Below, in pieces: positions 49,388 to 62,695 of a stretch of DNA of 64,000 nt. A program made the position numbers and the translations under genes. Below the pieces are notes generated by a model. That model was given only the letters and a program-made list of their open reading frames with translations. It made no database searches and was not told the origin of the DNA. Origin of the DNA: Octopus sinensis (taxonomy: Eukaryota); assembly GCF_006345805.1 (NCBI RefSeq), contig NC_043002.1:82832001-82896000 (forward strand), in the 5' to 3' direction. How positions within the stretch are numbered: the stretch's first letter is position 1; the number at the start of each line of letters is the position of its first letter.

Positions 49388-50377
49388 TCATCTGGCACCT
49401 GTGTCAGTGGCACATAAAAACACCATCCGAAGACCCGGCAAGACTAGTCAGGCCATAACCCGTGGCCCTACCTGGGACGTAGTCAGTCCACCTGTGCATA
49501 CCTTCCTTCTTGTGACACTAGTGAAGACCTGTTGAGGTAAGTGAAAATCAAAACAAATCAAAATAGATGAACATCAATGGAATTTGTATCTTTGTGGTAC
49601 CAGTGCCGGTGGCACACAAGAAAACCATCCGAACGTGGCCGTAGCCAGTACCGCATCGACTGGCCTCCGTGCTGTGGGCACGTAACAAACACCATCCGAT
49701 CGTGGCTGTTCGCCAGCCTCATCTGGCACCTGTGTCGTTGGCACATAAAAACACCATCCGAAGACCCGGCAAGACTAGTCGGCCATAACTCGTGGCCCAT
49801 ACCTGGGATGTAGTCAGTTCACCTGTGCATACCTTCCTTCTTGTGACACTTGTGAAGACCTGTTGAGGCAAGTGAAAATCAAATCAAAACAAATCAAAAT
49901 AGATGAACATCAATGGAATTTGTATCTTTGTGGTACCAGTGCCGGTGGCACACAAGAAGACCATCCGAACGTGGCCGTAGCCAGTACCGCATCGACTGGC
50001 CTCCGTGCTGTGGGCACGTAACAAACACCATCCGATCGTGGCCGTTCGCCAGCCTCATCTGGCACCTGTGTCAGTGGCACATAAAAACACCATCCGAGCG
50101 TGGCCGTCTGCCAGCCTCGTCTGGCACCTGTGTCGGTGGCACATAAAAAACACCATCCGAGCGTGGCCGTTCGCCAGCCTCGTCTGGCACCTGTGTCGGT
50201 GGCACATAAAATCACCCACTACACTCTCGGAGTGGTTGGCGTTAGGAAGGGCATCCAGCTGTAGAAACACTGCCAGATCTGACTGGCCTGGTGCAGCCTT
50301 CGGGCTCCCCAGACCCCAGTTGAACCGTCCAACCCATCCTAGCATGGAAAACGGACGCTAAATGATGATGATGATGA
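49388..50377 (+). mobile_element. Truncated RTE 3' end with an internal ~335-bp tandem duplication
   Basis: The unit ctcatctggcacctgtgtc...cgccagc starts near 49387 and 49718 and restarts near 50055. It is followed by ~62-bp modules and the (GAT)n tail. Confidence 0.9.
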
Positions 50378-50989
50378 TTAAATAGATTATTATTTAAAAG
50401 ATTTTGAGGGAAAATGATAGAAATATCTAGATTGCACCTACGAATGTGAAAATGTTTAATTTGTTGCTTATAAAGAAATTTAATATTTGTAATAGAGAAG
50501 TAGCTATTTCTTTTTGTCTGTCAAGCTGACACCACTTTGTTTACAAGAGTTGAGTGAGTTTTTTTTAAAAAAGTACTTATCTGCAGTAATCCTAGTATGA
50601 CATGGAAAGTAATTCAATACAAGGCCTAAAATTTTGGGGGAGGGGGCCAGTTGATTTGATTGACTCCATCACGCAACTGGTACTTAATTTATCGACTCCA
50701 AAAGGATGAAAGACAAAGTCGACCTCGGTGGAGTTTGAACTCAGAATGTAAAGACAGATGAAATACTGCTCAGTATTTCTAACATTTCTGCCAGCTTGCT
50801 GCCTTTCAATACAAGTAAATTGTCTATGGAATTAGAACTAAAAGACAGAAATTTCTGATCAAATTAAGAATGAAAAGTTTGTTTCCAACAATAGATATTA
50901 GCTTAAAATGACTCCATTATCATTATTTTAAGCTTGGTGTAAACTAAAACTTATTGTCCATACAGATTCTGTTCTGGTTTTGACCATAT

Positions 50990-51007
50990 GATGTGTGTAT
51001 GTATGCG

Positions 51008-51057
<50 letters not shown>

Positions 51058-51094
51058 TTATATATTTATATACATACATTTATATACATACATT

Positions 51095-51131
<37 letters not shown>

Positions 51132-51491
51132 ACATATATATACATATATATATACATATACATACATATATATATACATATACATACATATATATATATA
51201 CATAAATATATATACATATATACATAAATATATATACATATATATATATATACATATATATACATATATATATACATATATATATATACATATATATATA
51301 TACATATATATATATACATATATATATACATATATATATACATATACATATATATATATATCATATATATATATACATATATATATACATATATATATAT
51401 ATACATATATATATACATATATATATACATATACATATATATATACATATACATATATATATACATATACATATATATATATATATATTAC

Positions 51492-51533
<42 letters not shown>

Positions 51534-52106
51534 ATATATACACACAATATATATATATACACACATATATATATATACACATATATATATATACACACAC
51601 ATATATATATATATATACACACATATATATATATACACACATATATATATACACACATATATATATATACACACACATATATATATATACACACATATAT
51701 ATATATATACACACATATATATATATACACACACACACATATATATATATACACACACACATATATATACACACACATATATATATATACACACATATAT
51801 ATATATATATATAATACACACATATATATATAATATATATACACACATATATATATATATATATACACACATATATATATATACACACACACATATATAT
51901 ATATATACACACATATATATATATATATATACACACACATATATATATATACACACACACATATATATATATATACACACATATATATACACACACAATA
52001 TATATATACACACACACATATATATAATACACACATATATATATATATATACACACACATATATATATATATACACACATATATATATACACATATATAT
52101 ATATAT

Positions 52107-52153
<47 letters not shown>

Positions 52154-52191
52154 TATATATACACATATATATATATATATATATATCACAC

Positions 52192-52268
<77 letters not shown>

Positions 52269-52292
52269 TATATATACACCTATATATATATA
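50990..52292. repeat. ~1.3-kb compound (TA)n/(CA)n microsatellite
   Basis: Directly visible. It explains the long Y/I/T/H and C/V/Y/I ORFs. Confidence 0.98.
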
Positions 52293-52294
52293 TC

Positions 52295-52566
52295 ACGTGA
52301 CCAACCAGACCATCAGATGTTGCTACACATCGCTGGTCACAATGCGTTCGCATTGTTTTAGCTTTCGAATGACGCCACCCCGCTGGCTAAGCGAGCAGGC
52401 CAACAGAAGAAAGAGTGGTGAAGAAGTACAGCAGGGATCACCACCCCCTGCTGGAGCTTTTAGGTGTTTTCGCTCAATAAACACACAACGCCCGGTCTGG
52501 GAATAGAAACCGCGATCCTACGACCGCCAGTCTGCTGCCCTAACCACTGGGCCATTGCGCCTCCAC
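52295..52566 (-). mobile_element. tRNA-derived SINE family C, young copy
   Basis: Minus strand gtggaggcgcaatggcccagtggttagggcagcagactggcggtcgtaggatcgcggtttctattccc with A- and B-box-like motifs. Confidence 0.85.
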
Positions 52567-52639
52567 ATATATATATATATATACACACATATATGTGTAT
52601 ATATATACACACATATATATATATATATATACATATATA

Positions 52640-53045
52640 GGCACAGGAGTGGCTGTGTGGTAAGTAGCTTGTTTACCAACCACATGGTTCCGGGTTCAGT
52701 CCCACTGCATGGCATCTTGGACAAGTGTCTTCTACTATAGCCTCGGGCCGACCAAAGCCTTGTGAGTGGATTTGGTAGATGGAAACTGAAAGAAGTCCAT
52801 CGTATATATGTATATATATATATGCGTGTGTGTGTTTGTGTGTCTGTGTTTGTCCCCCTAGCATTACTTGACAACCGATGCTGATGTGTTTATGTCCCCG
52901 TTACTTAGCGGTTCGGCAAAAGAGACTGATAGAATAAGTACTGGGCTTACAAAAGAATAAGTCCCAGGGTCAAGTTGCTCGATTAAAGGCGGTGCTCCAG
53001 CATGGCCGCAGTCAAATGACTGAAACAAGTAAAAGAGAGAAAAGA
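52640..53045 (+). mobile_element. SINE family A, full length
   Basis: Complete head, core, (TA)(TG) linker and tail gactgaaacaagtaaaagag. Confidence 0.92.
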
Positions 53046-53071
53046 GATATATATACACATATATATATATA

Positions 53072-53118
<47 letters not shown>

Positions 53119-53658
53119 ATATATATGCACACTTTTTCTTTTTTTAATATCCTGTACTTAAATACCTTTTAATCCTCTTCCTAACAATGTGACTATAATC
53201 TCTTTATATGGAATACTTTAGTGTCTTTTGTACTCTGCATTAAACCTCGAGTTTCAGTTGGATTACTTCTCAAAAGTTTTAACCATGCATATTTCAAAAC
53301 ACTTTTCCACCTTGTGTGTGTATGTGATTCCCTATCATACTGAAGTTATCATAATACGTTATGATTAGCATAATTTTAATACTTTTTTTTTTTTTTACAT
53401 GAAGTGACTTTATAGCAGAGAAAAAGTTAATAAAATTAATTTGTTGAATTAAGTAAGATTCTGATTTAACATCCATTACAAAGCATAAAATGTTTTTGTA
53501 TTGAAATCATTTTGTTATAACAAGATAAATTATAATAATAATAAATAATGTCAGTTTATCAATAGAGAGACAGTACAATAATGAGACACGTGTTACATTC
53601 TCAATAGATAGCATTTAACATAAATGTGTCCTGGATTTTTTTTTCAGTTTCTGTGTGG

Positions 53659-53711
<53 letters not shown>

Positions 53712-55499
53712 ATCCTTTTATCATTCAGATTACTGTCAAATGTAATGCTTATTCATTCACACTGTGTTGAATTAATCATGCATTTGATATTTCAGTGATA
53801 TGGTTGTTTATTTTTAGAATGACATAGTAGGGTGGGTGTGAAAAACCAGATGCTGGTTTGAACATTAAATGGACAATATTTGAACTGGATATGACCTGGC
53901 CAGTTTAAATACTAAAGTAATAAGCATATGGTAACCAGGATTACTTATCCAAACTTTGGCTTTGCTCATTAAGCTTATATGTTAGTTATATGTCTTGAAT
54001 TTTTTTCTCACTCCGTTATACAGTTGACCAAAAGGAGAAAAGGGCTGTGGCCATGGTTTTCACAAGCCCCTCTAGACTGGTGACACCATTAGCCTTTAGC
54101 ACACTGTCGGTGTATCATGTCGCTGTATGAGTTTTTTCCCCTGTTATAACGGGGCAGTGGCAGGGAAATCAATTCTAGAGAGAATGTAGTATGCTAAAGG
54201 TTAATGTTCCCCTTGAACCATTTGTTATTTAGCACTGGAAAAGGCATAAGCAGGAGGATAGAATTCTAGGGGGACTGACTTATGGGAAGGAAGGACTGAA
54301 GATAGTGATTAGTATCGTGACCTAGGGGAGGAGGTTTGACATAACAAGAGTGATAAGTGAAAGTTATAGTAATGTTTGAAAGGTCAGATGAAATAGTGCT
54401 CTTGTAGACCAGAGGCTGGAACATACGAGTTGGCTGGCCCTTTCTTATATGTGGTCTAGGGTATCTGTGCAGTAGCTGCTTCACCAACAGCACTATGCCA
54501 AGACAATACTCAATTGTGGGCCTCAGAGTTAAAATGAGAGTGAAAGTTGTCTGTGTTGGAGTGTGTGTGTGTGTGTTGATAGACAGGTTGTTGGTGTAAG
54601 GAAGAGTGTGGGTTGTGTAATTAATTCCTGAGGCATGCTACAGTTAACCCACAAGGTGCTATAGGTACACAATTCACCTAGGAAAGTCTTGTGCCATGCA
54701 TTTGCTCATATCAGTGGCAATAGCATTGCTTTTTATAGTGTATTCAATTTCTCAGTATTTCACATTGGACAGTTTTAATTAGTTGGTCAGCAGTTTCTTT
54801 GAAAATTAATAATTTTGTAAATCATTTGAAAAGATTTAAAATATTTGCTTTTCAAATATTTGCTTTTCAAATATATTCCATGTGGTTTCTGTTTAGAATA
54901 GATTAAACTTAGTAGATTAAAACTGATCTTAAGCTAATTTTGCATATATATATAAATGAAAAATCTCATTTTATTAGTTTATTTCCCTTTTAATTGAATG
55001 ATACAGCTATACCACCTTCAGAATAGTTAATTTTTAACTTAAAGCCAATTTGTAATGTTATGTAGTAATTAAAATTTTTTTGACTAATTAGTTTGGAATT
55101 AGATTTAGTTATTATTGGCTTCAAGTTTTGGCACAAGGCCAGTAATTTCAGGGAAGGAAGTAAGTTGATTACATCAATCCAATGCTCAACCTCCACTTAT
55201 TTTATCGACTCTGAAAGGATGAAAGGCAAAGTTGACCTTGGTGGAATCTGAACTCTGAAGGTTCAAGATGAATGAAATGCTGTTAAGCATTTGGCCCATC
55301 ACATTAATGATTCTGCCAGCTCACTGCCTTAGATTTAGTAATTATTAAAATTATTTTTTAGTTGGTTTTATTTTGCCAAAATGATGAACTGTTTCAATTT
55401 TTATATTTGCTTCTGTTTGAATATTGCAAATATAAATTCTAATGTCTGCAGATTACATCATTTTCAAATAATACTTCATTCTCCTCCTATGCTGGTTAT

Positions 55500-57376
55500 G
55501 ACTTGGGTCCTGCTTAAATAATTTTCTTCCAAATATTCTGACTCATCACCCTTTTCTATTACTCTTTCAAAGTTGCCCTTATAACTATACCACTTCAGAT
55601 TTCTTATTTTAAGTTCTGCTAGTCACTAGTTGAGCTCTCATGTTAGTAGCAAGAGTCAGGATCATAACCTGACGCCACAGGGGAGAAGACTTCAAGCACG
55701 CTTGGACCTCACCTGTTCTTGTGCCTTTGGGAAAGACAGGAAGGGTCTGCCTGAAATCGCCCGACAACAAAAGCATTACACCTCCCATTGGGGTCAGACA
55801 GTCTTGATGTCTTTGAAGGATGTATCTAATGCTTCTAGAGTTCCCTTCTGAGCCATGGTGCACTCATGCAGATAATGAAATAAAACCTAAGGACCTGCCT
55901 CTGTTGCATGAAGGTATCTTGGAGGTTGCTAAATTGAGAGGTAGCTTAAAAGTCAAGTGTGCTGTCCTGCCACCTGGCAACAAAGTAGCTGCAATCCTAG
56001 AGGAGTCACAGCTACCACGATATTCTGGTGCTGCCTAACTTCTGCAAGGAGGAGCTTTGTAACAAATGTTTTTTTCTGTTCTTCCAGAAGCACCCAGGAA
56101 GAAGATACCTCCCTTACAGCAGCATATGCTATTAACAATAGTTTTGTAGGCATGCAGCTGGTCCGGAAGTAATTTTGTATGTGTAGGTGTGTGTGTTGAA
56201 TAACGTAGATAACGCAGAAACACACTCATACACACATATAGAAAATGTGATGTCAAATGCAGAAACACACACACACTGACAGACACATAAACATTCTTAT
56301 ACTCATATACACTGACAGACACACTCATATACAGAAGATATATTATTGAAACAACAGGTGACTCATTATCTATATCAAGTGTTAATGACCTAGAAAAGGT
56401 TAAGAGTGAAATGCAAAACACATAGATCTGCGTTCCTCAGTTCTTCATTGACAGAACAATAGGCTGTATGTGGAAAATTTCTAGATTTGATTTCAAATCT
56501 TCAGTAGGAGCAAGCAAGGTCTGTACAGAACTCATCAGTAAATTAAATTCCAGATGCATGTGATTTATGCAAATCCTTGACTAATTAATTGCTATCCTTG
56601 GATTGGATAGAGATAGGGCGTACATTAACGCATGTCAGTCGTCACATTTGTATATGTATGTGTAGATGTGTGTGTGAGTTGAATAATGTACATAAGGCAG
56701 AAAGGTACACACAGATGCATGCACACTCATACACTCACACACACGTAGACGGTCATACAGAAAATGTGACGTTGTCAAGGGCAGAAGCACTCACACACTG
56801 AGTCGTATACTCACACACAGACACTCATATAGAAAATGTGATGTCATCGAACGCGGAAACACATGCATATACAGAATGTGGTGTAGAATGCATTGGGAAT
56901 ATACAGACGGACAAAGCACATGTATTAAATGTTAATTTAAGGGTTTATATGTAACTGTAAATACCTTGCAACGTTGCAACTGGTACAATATGAAACAATA
57001 TTAAAAGTAAAAGAACAAAAGTGAAACTATTACATCATTACAATATAGATGTTATTGTTTCACTTTTGACACGCAATTGTTTCACTTTTGACAAGTAATT
57101 GTTTCACTTTTGACAAGTAATTGTTTCACTTTTGACAAGTAATTGTTTCACTTTTGACATGTAATTGTTTCACTTTTGAAGTCAAATACTGAACTAGTGT
57201 AAGAGATTGTTCCAGGCCTGCATTAGGCAAGAAGTTGAAAATCTTTTGGCCCAGGACACTCCATGGACCTTAAGTAATGCATGTGTAAAATTTGAATGAA
57301 ATCGGTTGGGTAGTTCTTGAGTTTTAGTGATGCACACATGCAGACACACACACATTCTCAGTTTTATATATATTGA
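55500..57376 (-). mobile_element. Internally deleted Helitron: 5' end plus PIF1-like helicase remnant
   Basis: Minus-strand start A|TCAATATATATAAAACTGAG at 57376. Helicase motifs KTFVTKLLLAEVR, GIAATLLPGGRTAH and GGVMLLLSGDFRQTLPV...ACLKSSPLW...LATNMR at 55609-56170. Confidence 0.8.
57054..57179. repeat. 22-bp minisatellite, ~6 copies (attgtttcacttttgacaagta)
   Basis: Units start at 57054, 57076, 57098, 57120, 57142 and 57164. They lie inside the Helitron. Confidence 0.93.
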
Positions 57377-58893
57377 TGTCATAACCAGTAAAGTTTCGGA
57401 GGAGGTGGAGATGAAAGAATCACTTGTGGAAACATATGTACCATTCTTTTTATTTCATTCTGCTGTGTGTCATTGTAATATTTTCTATAGTTTTCTTCAG
57501 ATATTTCTTTCTCTAACTGTGCAAAAAGAAAATCTATTTTCATTCGTTTGTGAATCTCTCCAGATGGTTCTTTTGAGCTAAATGTAATTTAGGTCTTCTT
57601 TATGAAATGTATTTATATAGAGTTTTAAAATCTAGGTGCATAAATCTGAACAGTGGTTCTCAGTCTTTTTGATTTTATCGCATACAACAGGTCAAATAAT
57701 GGTTTCAAATTTTGTTACAAGGGCAGCCATTTTGGGGAAGGGGATGAGTTGATTATATCAATCCCGAAAGGATGAAAGACTCAGAATGTAGCGATGGGTG
57801 AAATACTGCTAAGCATTTCATCCAATGTGCTAACGATTCTGCCAGTTCACTGCCTTAAATAATATTAATAATAATAATAATAATAATCAAACCATCCAAC
57901 CCATGCCAGCATGGAAAGCAAACATTAAACGATGACGACGATGATGAATCCTTTTTACTATAGGCATAAGGCCTGAAATTTTGCGGGTGGTGCAAGTCGA
58001 TTACATTGATTTGCTGTGAAGTGAATTGAATGTAGTGCTCGATATTCTATAATTGTTATATGTCATTAAGATAATTACTGAAAATGAAATGTGAGATCAC
58101 AAGAGTTCATTTACAGCAATGCTTGCCACTTAGAATAGTGGATGAAACAACTCTTAGCCAGAAACTTCTGCAATGTTGGAATATGTCTTTGGTGAATCAT
58201 ATTCTTGAATTTATAGATTTCAAGAGCAGTACAACTTACAAATGTTGACATGCATCCTCATTTTACCACTGCACTTAGTTAAACACTTAAGGACTATCTT
58301 AAACAGGTTAAACACTTGATTATAACCCTCTTAAATAGCTCTTACTTTTCCTCTTTATTGTATTACTATATAATTGTCATTCTTTTATATTAAAATTATA
58401 ATAGTATTGTAATCTATTGCTCATGTTTTTTTCTTTGTATTTCCATATATTTGTAGTCAAATAGAGAATTGTGTTTGTCATTTTGGATTTTTCTAAATAC
58501 TGTCTAAGCAAACATTTAAAAAAGTATATATTTATAATCATGTGATATGTTTTTGTTTGAAAGCATCTATTGTTTATTTTACCCAAACAAGGGACCATGC
58601 TTATCTGTACGTTTAAACATATTGTTTTAAACTAAAAATAAATAAATAGAAATGAAAAAAAAAAAATCAGCCTACATAAGTTTTCCCCTTAGAATTTCCC
58701 AGTAATATTTTAAGTGTTATGATGATAATGGCTTCTGATTTAGGCAGAAGGCCAACAATTTTTCAGAGGAGAGTGTTAGTTTATTACATCAACTTAAATA
58801 AATTAATTGGTACTTTTTATCAACCCTGGAAAGATGAAAAGCTTAGTTAGTCTTTGCAGGATTTGAACTTAGAATGTAATGAGCTGGAATAAA

Positions 58894-58961
58894 TACCACA
58901 AGACTTTTTTTTTCCATTGCTCTATAATCATAGAGCAATGGAAAAAAAAAGTCTTGTGGTA
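58894..58961. repeat. Perfect 32-bp-arm hairpin
   Basis: taccacaagactttttttttccattgctctat, loop aatc, then atagagcaatggaaaaaaaaagtcttgtggta. Confidence 0.9.
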
Positions 58962-61047
58962 CCTACTTACTGTCATAATTGCTATTTCTAATTTAGACTC
59001 GGGGACAGGAATTTTGAGGGGCAGTGGTAGTCAATTACATTGATCCCAGAAATAGACTGGTACCTTTTTTTTTTTTTTTTTTGATTGACATTGGGTGGAT
59101 TATAAAAGGCAAAGTTGACCTCAGTAGGAGTTGAACTTAGAATGTAGTGAACTGGATGAAATATTGCAAAGCATTTTCTTTGATGCCCAATTGATTTTGC
59201 CAGTTCAGCAACCACAAAGAAATACCGCAAAGCATTCTGCCACTCATCAACCACATACTTCTAATGTAGATACAAAGCCAGCAGTTTTGAGGGGACGAGA
59301 TTAATTGATTATATCAACCTTTCTCCCCAAGTAATAACATAAACTCGTTGAACTATCTATCTTTTGTTAAATTAAAATTCCCGTAAATTTAAATACTTCG
59401 ATTTGATATATCAAAAATATTGTTTGTATCCATTTTTGCATGTTTTTATTCGATGAAAAAGCCAAAATGTTTACGCTAAATACGAGGTGTTCTCTTTTAA
59501 AGTTTTCTTCAGATATTAGGCATGCTGTGAAAATTTTTTTTTTTACTTTGTAACAAGATCATATTAAGTTAGTAAGCATATTATAGTGACATAATTTCAG
59601 AAAAAAATTGAATATTTGTCATAAAGGTTGCATGGGGATTATTGACTGCTAAGCAGGTTAGTGTGAAATTGGATTTAGAAAACTTAGTGATTGCTATATA
59701 GAAATTTATTTGATAGATTTAAATGCACCAAGCTAGGTTAGTGTTGCAAAAAAAAAAAAACCCCTTTAAAATTTGTTTTTTGTGAGAAAAAATGTTTGGT
59801 AGTTCATTAAATTGTTAGTAACTGTTTTATACCATAATTTGCTGCCCAAAATAGAGGAAGTATTCTGGTTCTAATTACTCTTATGACTACCATATAGTTT
59901 TTAGGTTGCTTGTAGGATCTGGACTTATGAAAGTAGTAATAATTGGCTTAAAAGGTTAAAAATTGTTACATTTAATGTAAGAGTTCACTGTTTTCCTATG
60001 TATTTGTTTTAAATTCATTTATTCATACAAAAAGGATGCATGTCAACATTTGTAAGTTGTATCGCTCTTAAAATCTTATAGTTTTAAGGAGAGTATAACT
60101 AACCAAAGATATATTCCAACATTACAGAAGTTTTTGACTAACAGTCGTTTCATTCACTTTTTTTAAGCGGCAGGCGTTGCTGTGAACGAATTCTTGCTAT
60201 CTTGCAATATTCTACTTTTAGTAATTATTTTAATGACATAACAATTACAGAATACCTAGCACTATATTCACTGCTCAGCAAACAAAGAGCATTTAGAAGA
60301 AATGTCAAGAGTTAGTTAGTAACTGGTTAGTGCAATGAAACCAAGTAATTAACAACAGAAATTATAGCAAAAAGTAGTAGTTATTGTTTCTCATTAGTAC
60401 ACATTGTAGTTATTAAAATAGGTATGGATTCTTGTTGTTTTGGTCTGTTAGGATTGTTGGTTGTGATTTGAGTAAAGCAAAACATAGTAACTAACCCAAA
60501 GTGAAGCAGTCATTAGGACATACTATAATCATTTAGACAGGCAAGTATTCTTATTCTTTTTGGTCTATTATAATTGTTCATTACAACTTTAAGTGGTGGC
60601 GAATCAAGCTGGTATCATTGTTGTCATCCTCTGTTTCCAAAATTGTCGTTATTGTAAAGGTGGATTGGCTGAATTGTTAGTATACCTTGTGATGTTTCTC
60701 TCGGATCCTTTATTCTTAGTTGAAATCCTACAATGGTCAATTTTGCTTTTCGTTCTTCCAGTATTGATTTGTGGAGGTGAGAAACTTTAGAGGGAGCTGA
60801 GCAGTAGCAGGCCTTCAGAGAACTTCCACCCTCATGTAAGTCTTCTGGCCCTTGACTCCTTACATTCTAAGGGAGTTCGGCTGCATCTAGGTCATGATTC
60901 CTAGGTATCCATCTGCTGTTACATTTTGTAGGACTGTTTGCATTGTAAACTGTACCTACCTGGATAGTTAAGGTGCTCCAGAATCATGGCACCTTGGATG
61001 TTATAATCACTTTGGTCTGAGCCACTAGTTGAATTCACTAAGGTGAA

Positions 61048-61400
61048 TTATTCATTCTGAAAATCATTTTCATTTTTCATTGACCAAATCCAGTTGGAAC
61101 TCTTTTCAGTTGCTTTTACTATTGCCTTAAGAGCTCTGGCTCTTTTTCCTGGAAATTTTGGGCCATTCCAAAGATTGTTGGCAGATTTGCCCAAAAACTT
61201 CTTTATAGTGAAGAATTTGGCTTGGATGTGAGAATGTCTCTGTTTCATGTCTAAATTGTCATATTTCTCAGTCACACAGATGTGGGTTTCCTTCAGTCTG
61301 ATTTCATATGGCACAGTGATTTCCATCAGAATCATGTGTTTTGATGAAAGTGATTAGAGTACAATATCTAGTCAATTACCACTGTTGTTGAGGATCTCTT
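61048..61400 (-). pseudogene. Restriction-like endonuclease relic of an R2-group (HERO-like) non-LTR element
   Basis: LDIVL*SLSSKHMILMEITVPYE...EKYDNL...ATEKSSNWIW resembles the RPDIV...ELTVPWE...KY..L...AE..S.WLW pattern. Confidence 0.7.
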
Positions 61401-61667
61401 GGCTAATTTTCCATTCTGGAAGGTTTGCAGAGTGTTCCCAGTCTTTGACTCCATTCAGTAGACCATGTTTCCATAATACAATTGGCTGTTCCTGGCCACA
61501 GTCTTTTGCCTTCTGCCATGTAGAACATTGGTAGTTTTTCTGGTTGCTCACCAGTTTGCATGTTTGATATAGCTTTTCCTAATATCAATATCTTGCCACT
61601 TAACATCTGTAGAAACAAATATGTGTGCATGGTTTCTGTTATTCAACAGAGAATCTAGTTAAGGTGT

Positions 61668-61850
61668 TTGGCATCTGGTTCAGGCTGGGCTTTCAAGAGA
61701 GAAAAAATGTGGGAAGAAGTTGTGAGCAGGCTGGCCAGTCTCATCCAGAGATGGGCTGATAGGAAGCTGTCTTTGAAAGGCTTGGTAGAAATGGCTAATG
61801 CCTATATTGTTTCAACAGTGTACTGCTACCTGACTGCTTTGTCCCAGGAA
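61668..61850 (+). pseudogene. L1/Tx1-like RT C-terminal relic
   Basis: WEEVVSRL...RWADRKLSLKG...NAYIVSTVYCYL resembles the W..R.LSL.GR...N..I.S...Y pattern. Confidence 0.62.
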
Positions 61851-62695
61851 ATCTTTAGCCAAATTGGAGTGCATGTGTGTTTGTGTTTGGCACAAGTTCA
61901 TTTTGTTAGGAGGTCCATCTGCAAATGCTCCTGTGATGGTGAACTGCTGTGGTCATCATTTAAGACTTGTCTTAGCTTGTCTCTTTGACTAAGCTGCAGT
62001 GTTGGGTTAAGTGAAGACTGTTCAAGTAAAACTTTGTTTCATTGAGGGATTCTAATAAAAGTGAAGCAAGTTTAAAGTTATCCTATTTACCAAAAGTTAC
62101 TTCACGCTATGTTCTTGTTCAATTTTTAATCAATTTGAAATTTTTTTTTTCAGAGTTGTTTCCTTTGCCTTTCACAATAATTATTAATGCTAATTATTTT
62201 TCTTTCAATTTTGAGGAATGTTTTTTATTCTTTTTAGTTTTGCTTTCTGCTTTTTATTAGCCTTCTACTTAGCTATAACTTATAAGCTGAAAGAGTAAAA
62301 TATTACTGCTGTAGACTATTTAGATAATTTTTGCATTATGAATCTAAAATTTCTGTAGTTCTTTAAAACCAGTAGTCCTCCATAATTAGATGTATTTGTG
62401 AGTTCTCTAAGTGTGAAAATACATCTTCTGTGAAGAATAAGGTATTCTTTGTGAAAACCAATGAAGGTATTAAATTTCTAATGCAAACAATAAATGTTAG
62501 TGAAGGTTTTTTTTTTGTTTTTGTTTTTTAAAGTTTATTGTATAAGGATATTTATTACACTGAAATACAGAAGTAATTTTTCAAATTTGATTTTCTTTTT
62601 CTCTTCCTCTAATAATTATGATGTTTGTAATGTTATACATTTAATTTTGATATTTTGATCTCATTTATTTAAACAGTTAATCCAAATTTTCAAAA

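Noticed and set aside
49388-50217. CRISPR-like look of the repeated GTGGCAC..AAAA.CACC units
   Set aside because: The spacers are homologous to each other, the context is a eukaryotic LINE 3' UTR, and there are no cas genes.
50988-52506. Long ORFs (503, 399, 267 and 263 aa) rich in Y/I/T/H/C/V
   Set aside because: These are stop-free translations of a TA/CA microsatellite, not genes.
52490-52566. tRNA-like sequence (also at 44525-44600 and 41420-41490)
   Set aside because: It has A/B-box-like motifs but no proper acceptor stem, and it continues into a SINE body. These are SINE heads, not tRNA genes.
55609-56225. Host PIF1 helicase gene
   Set aside because: Intronless, frameshifted and linked to a Helitron 5' terminus, so it is a transposon relic.
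57054-57179. 22-bp direct repeats as a CRISPR or iteron array
   Set aside because: The units are contiguous with no spacers. This is a minisatellite inside a Helitron.
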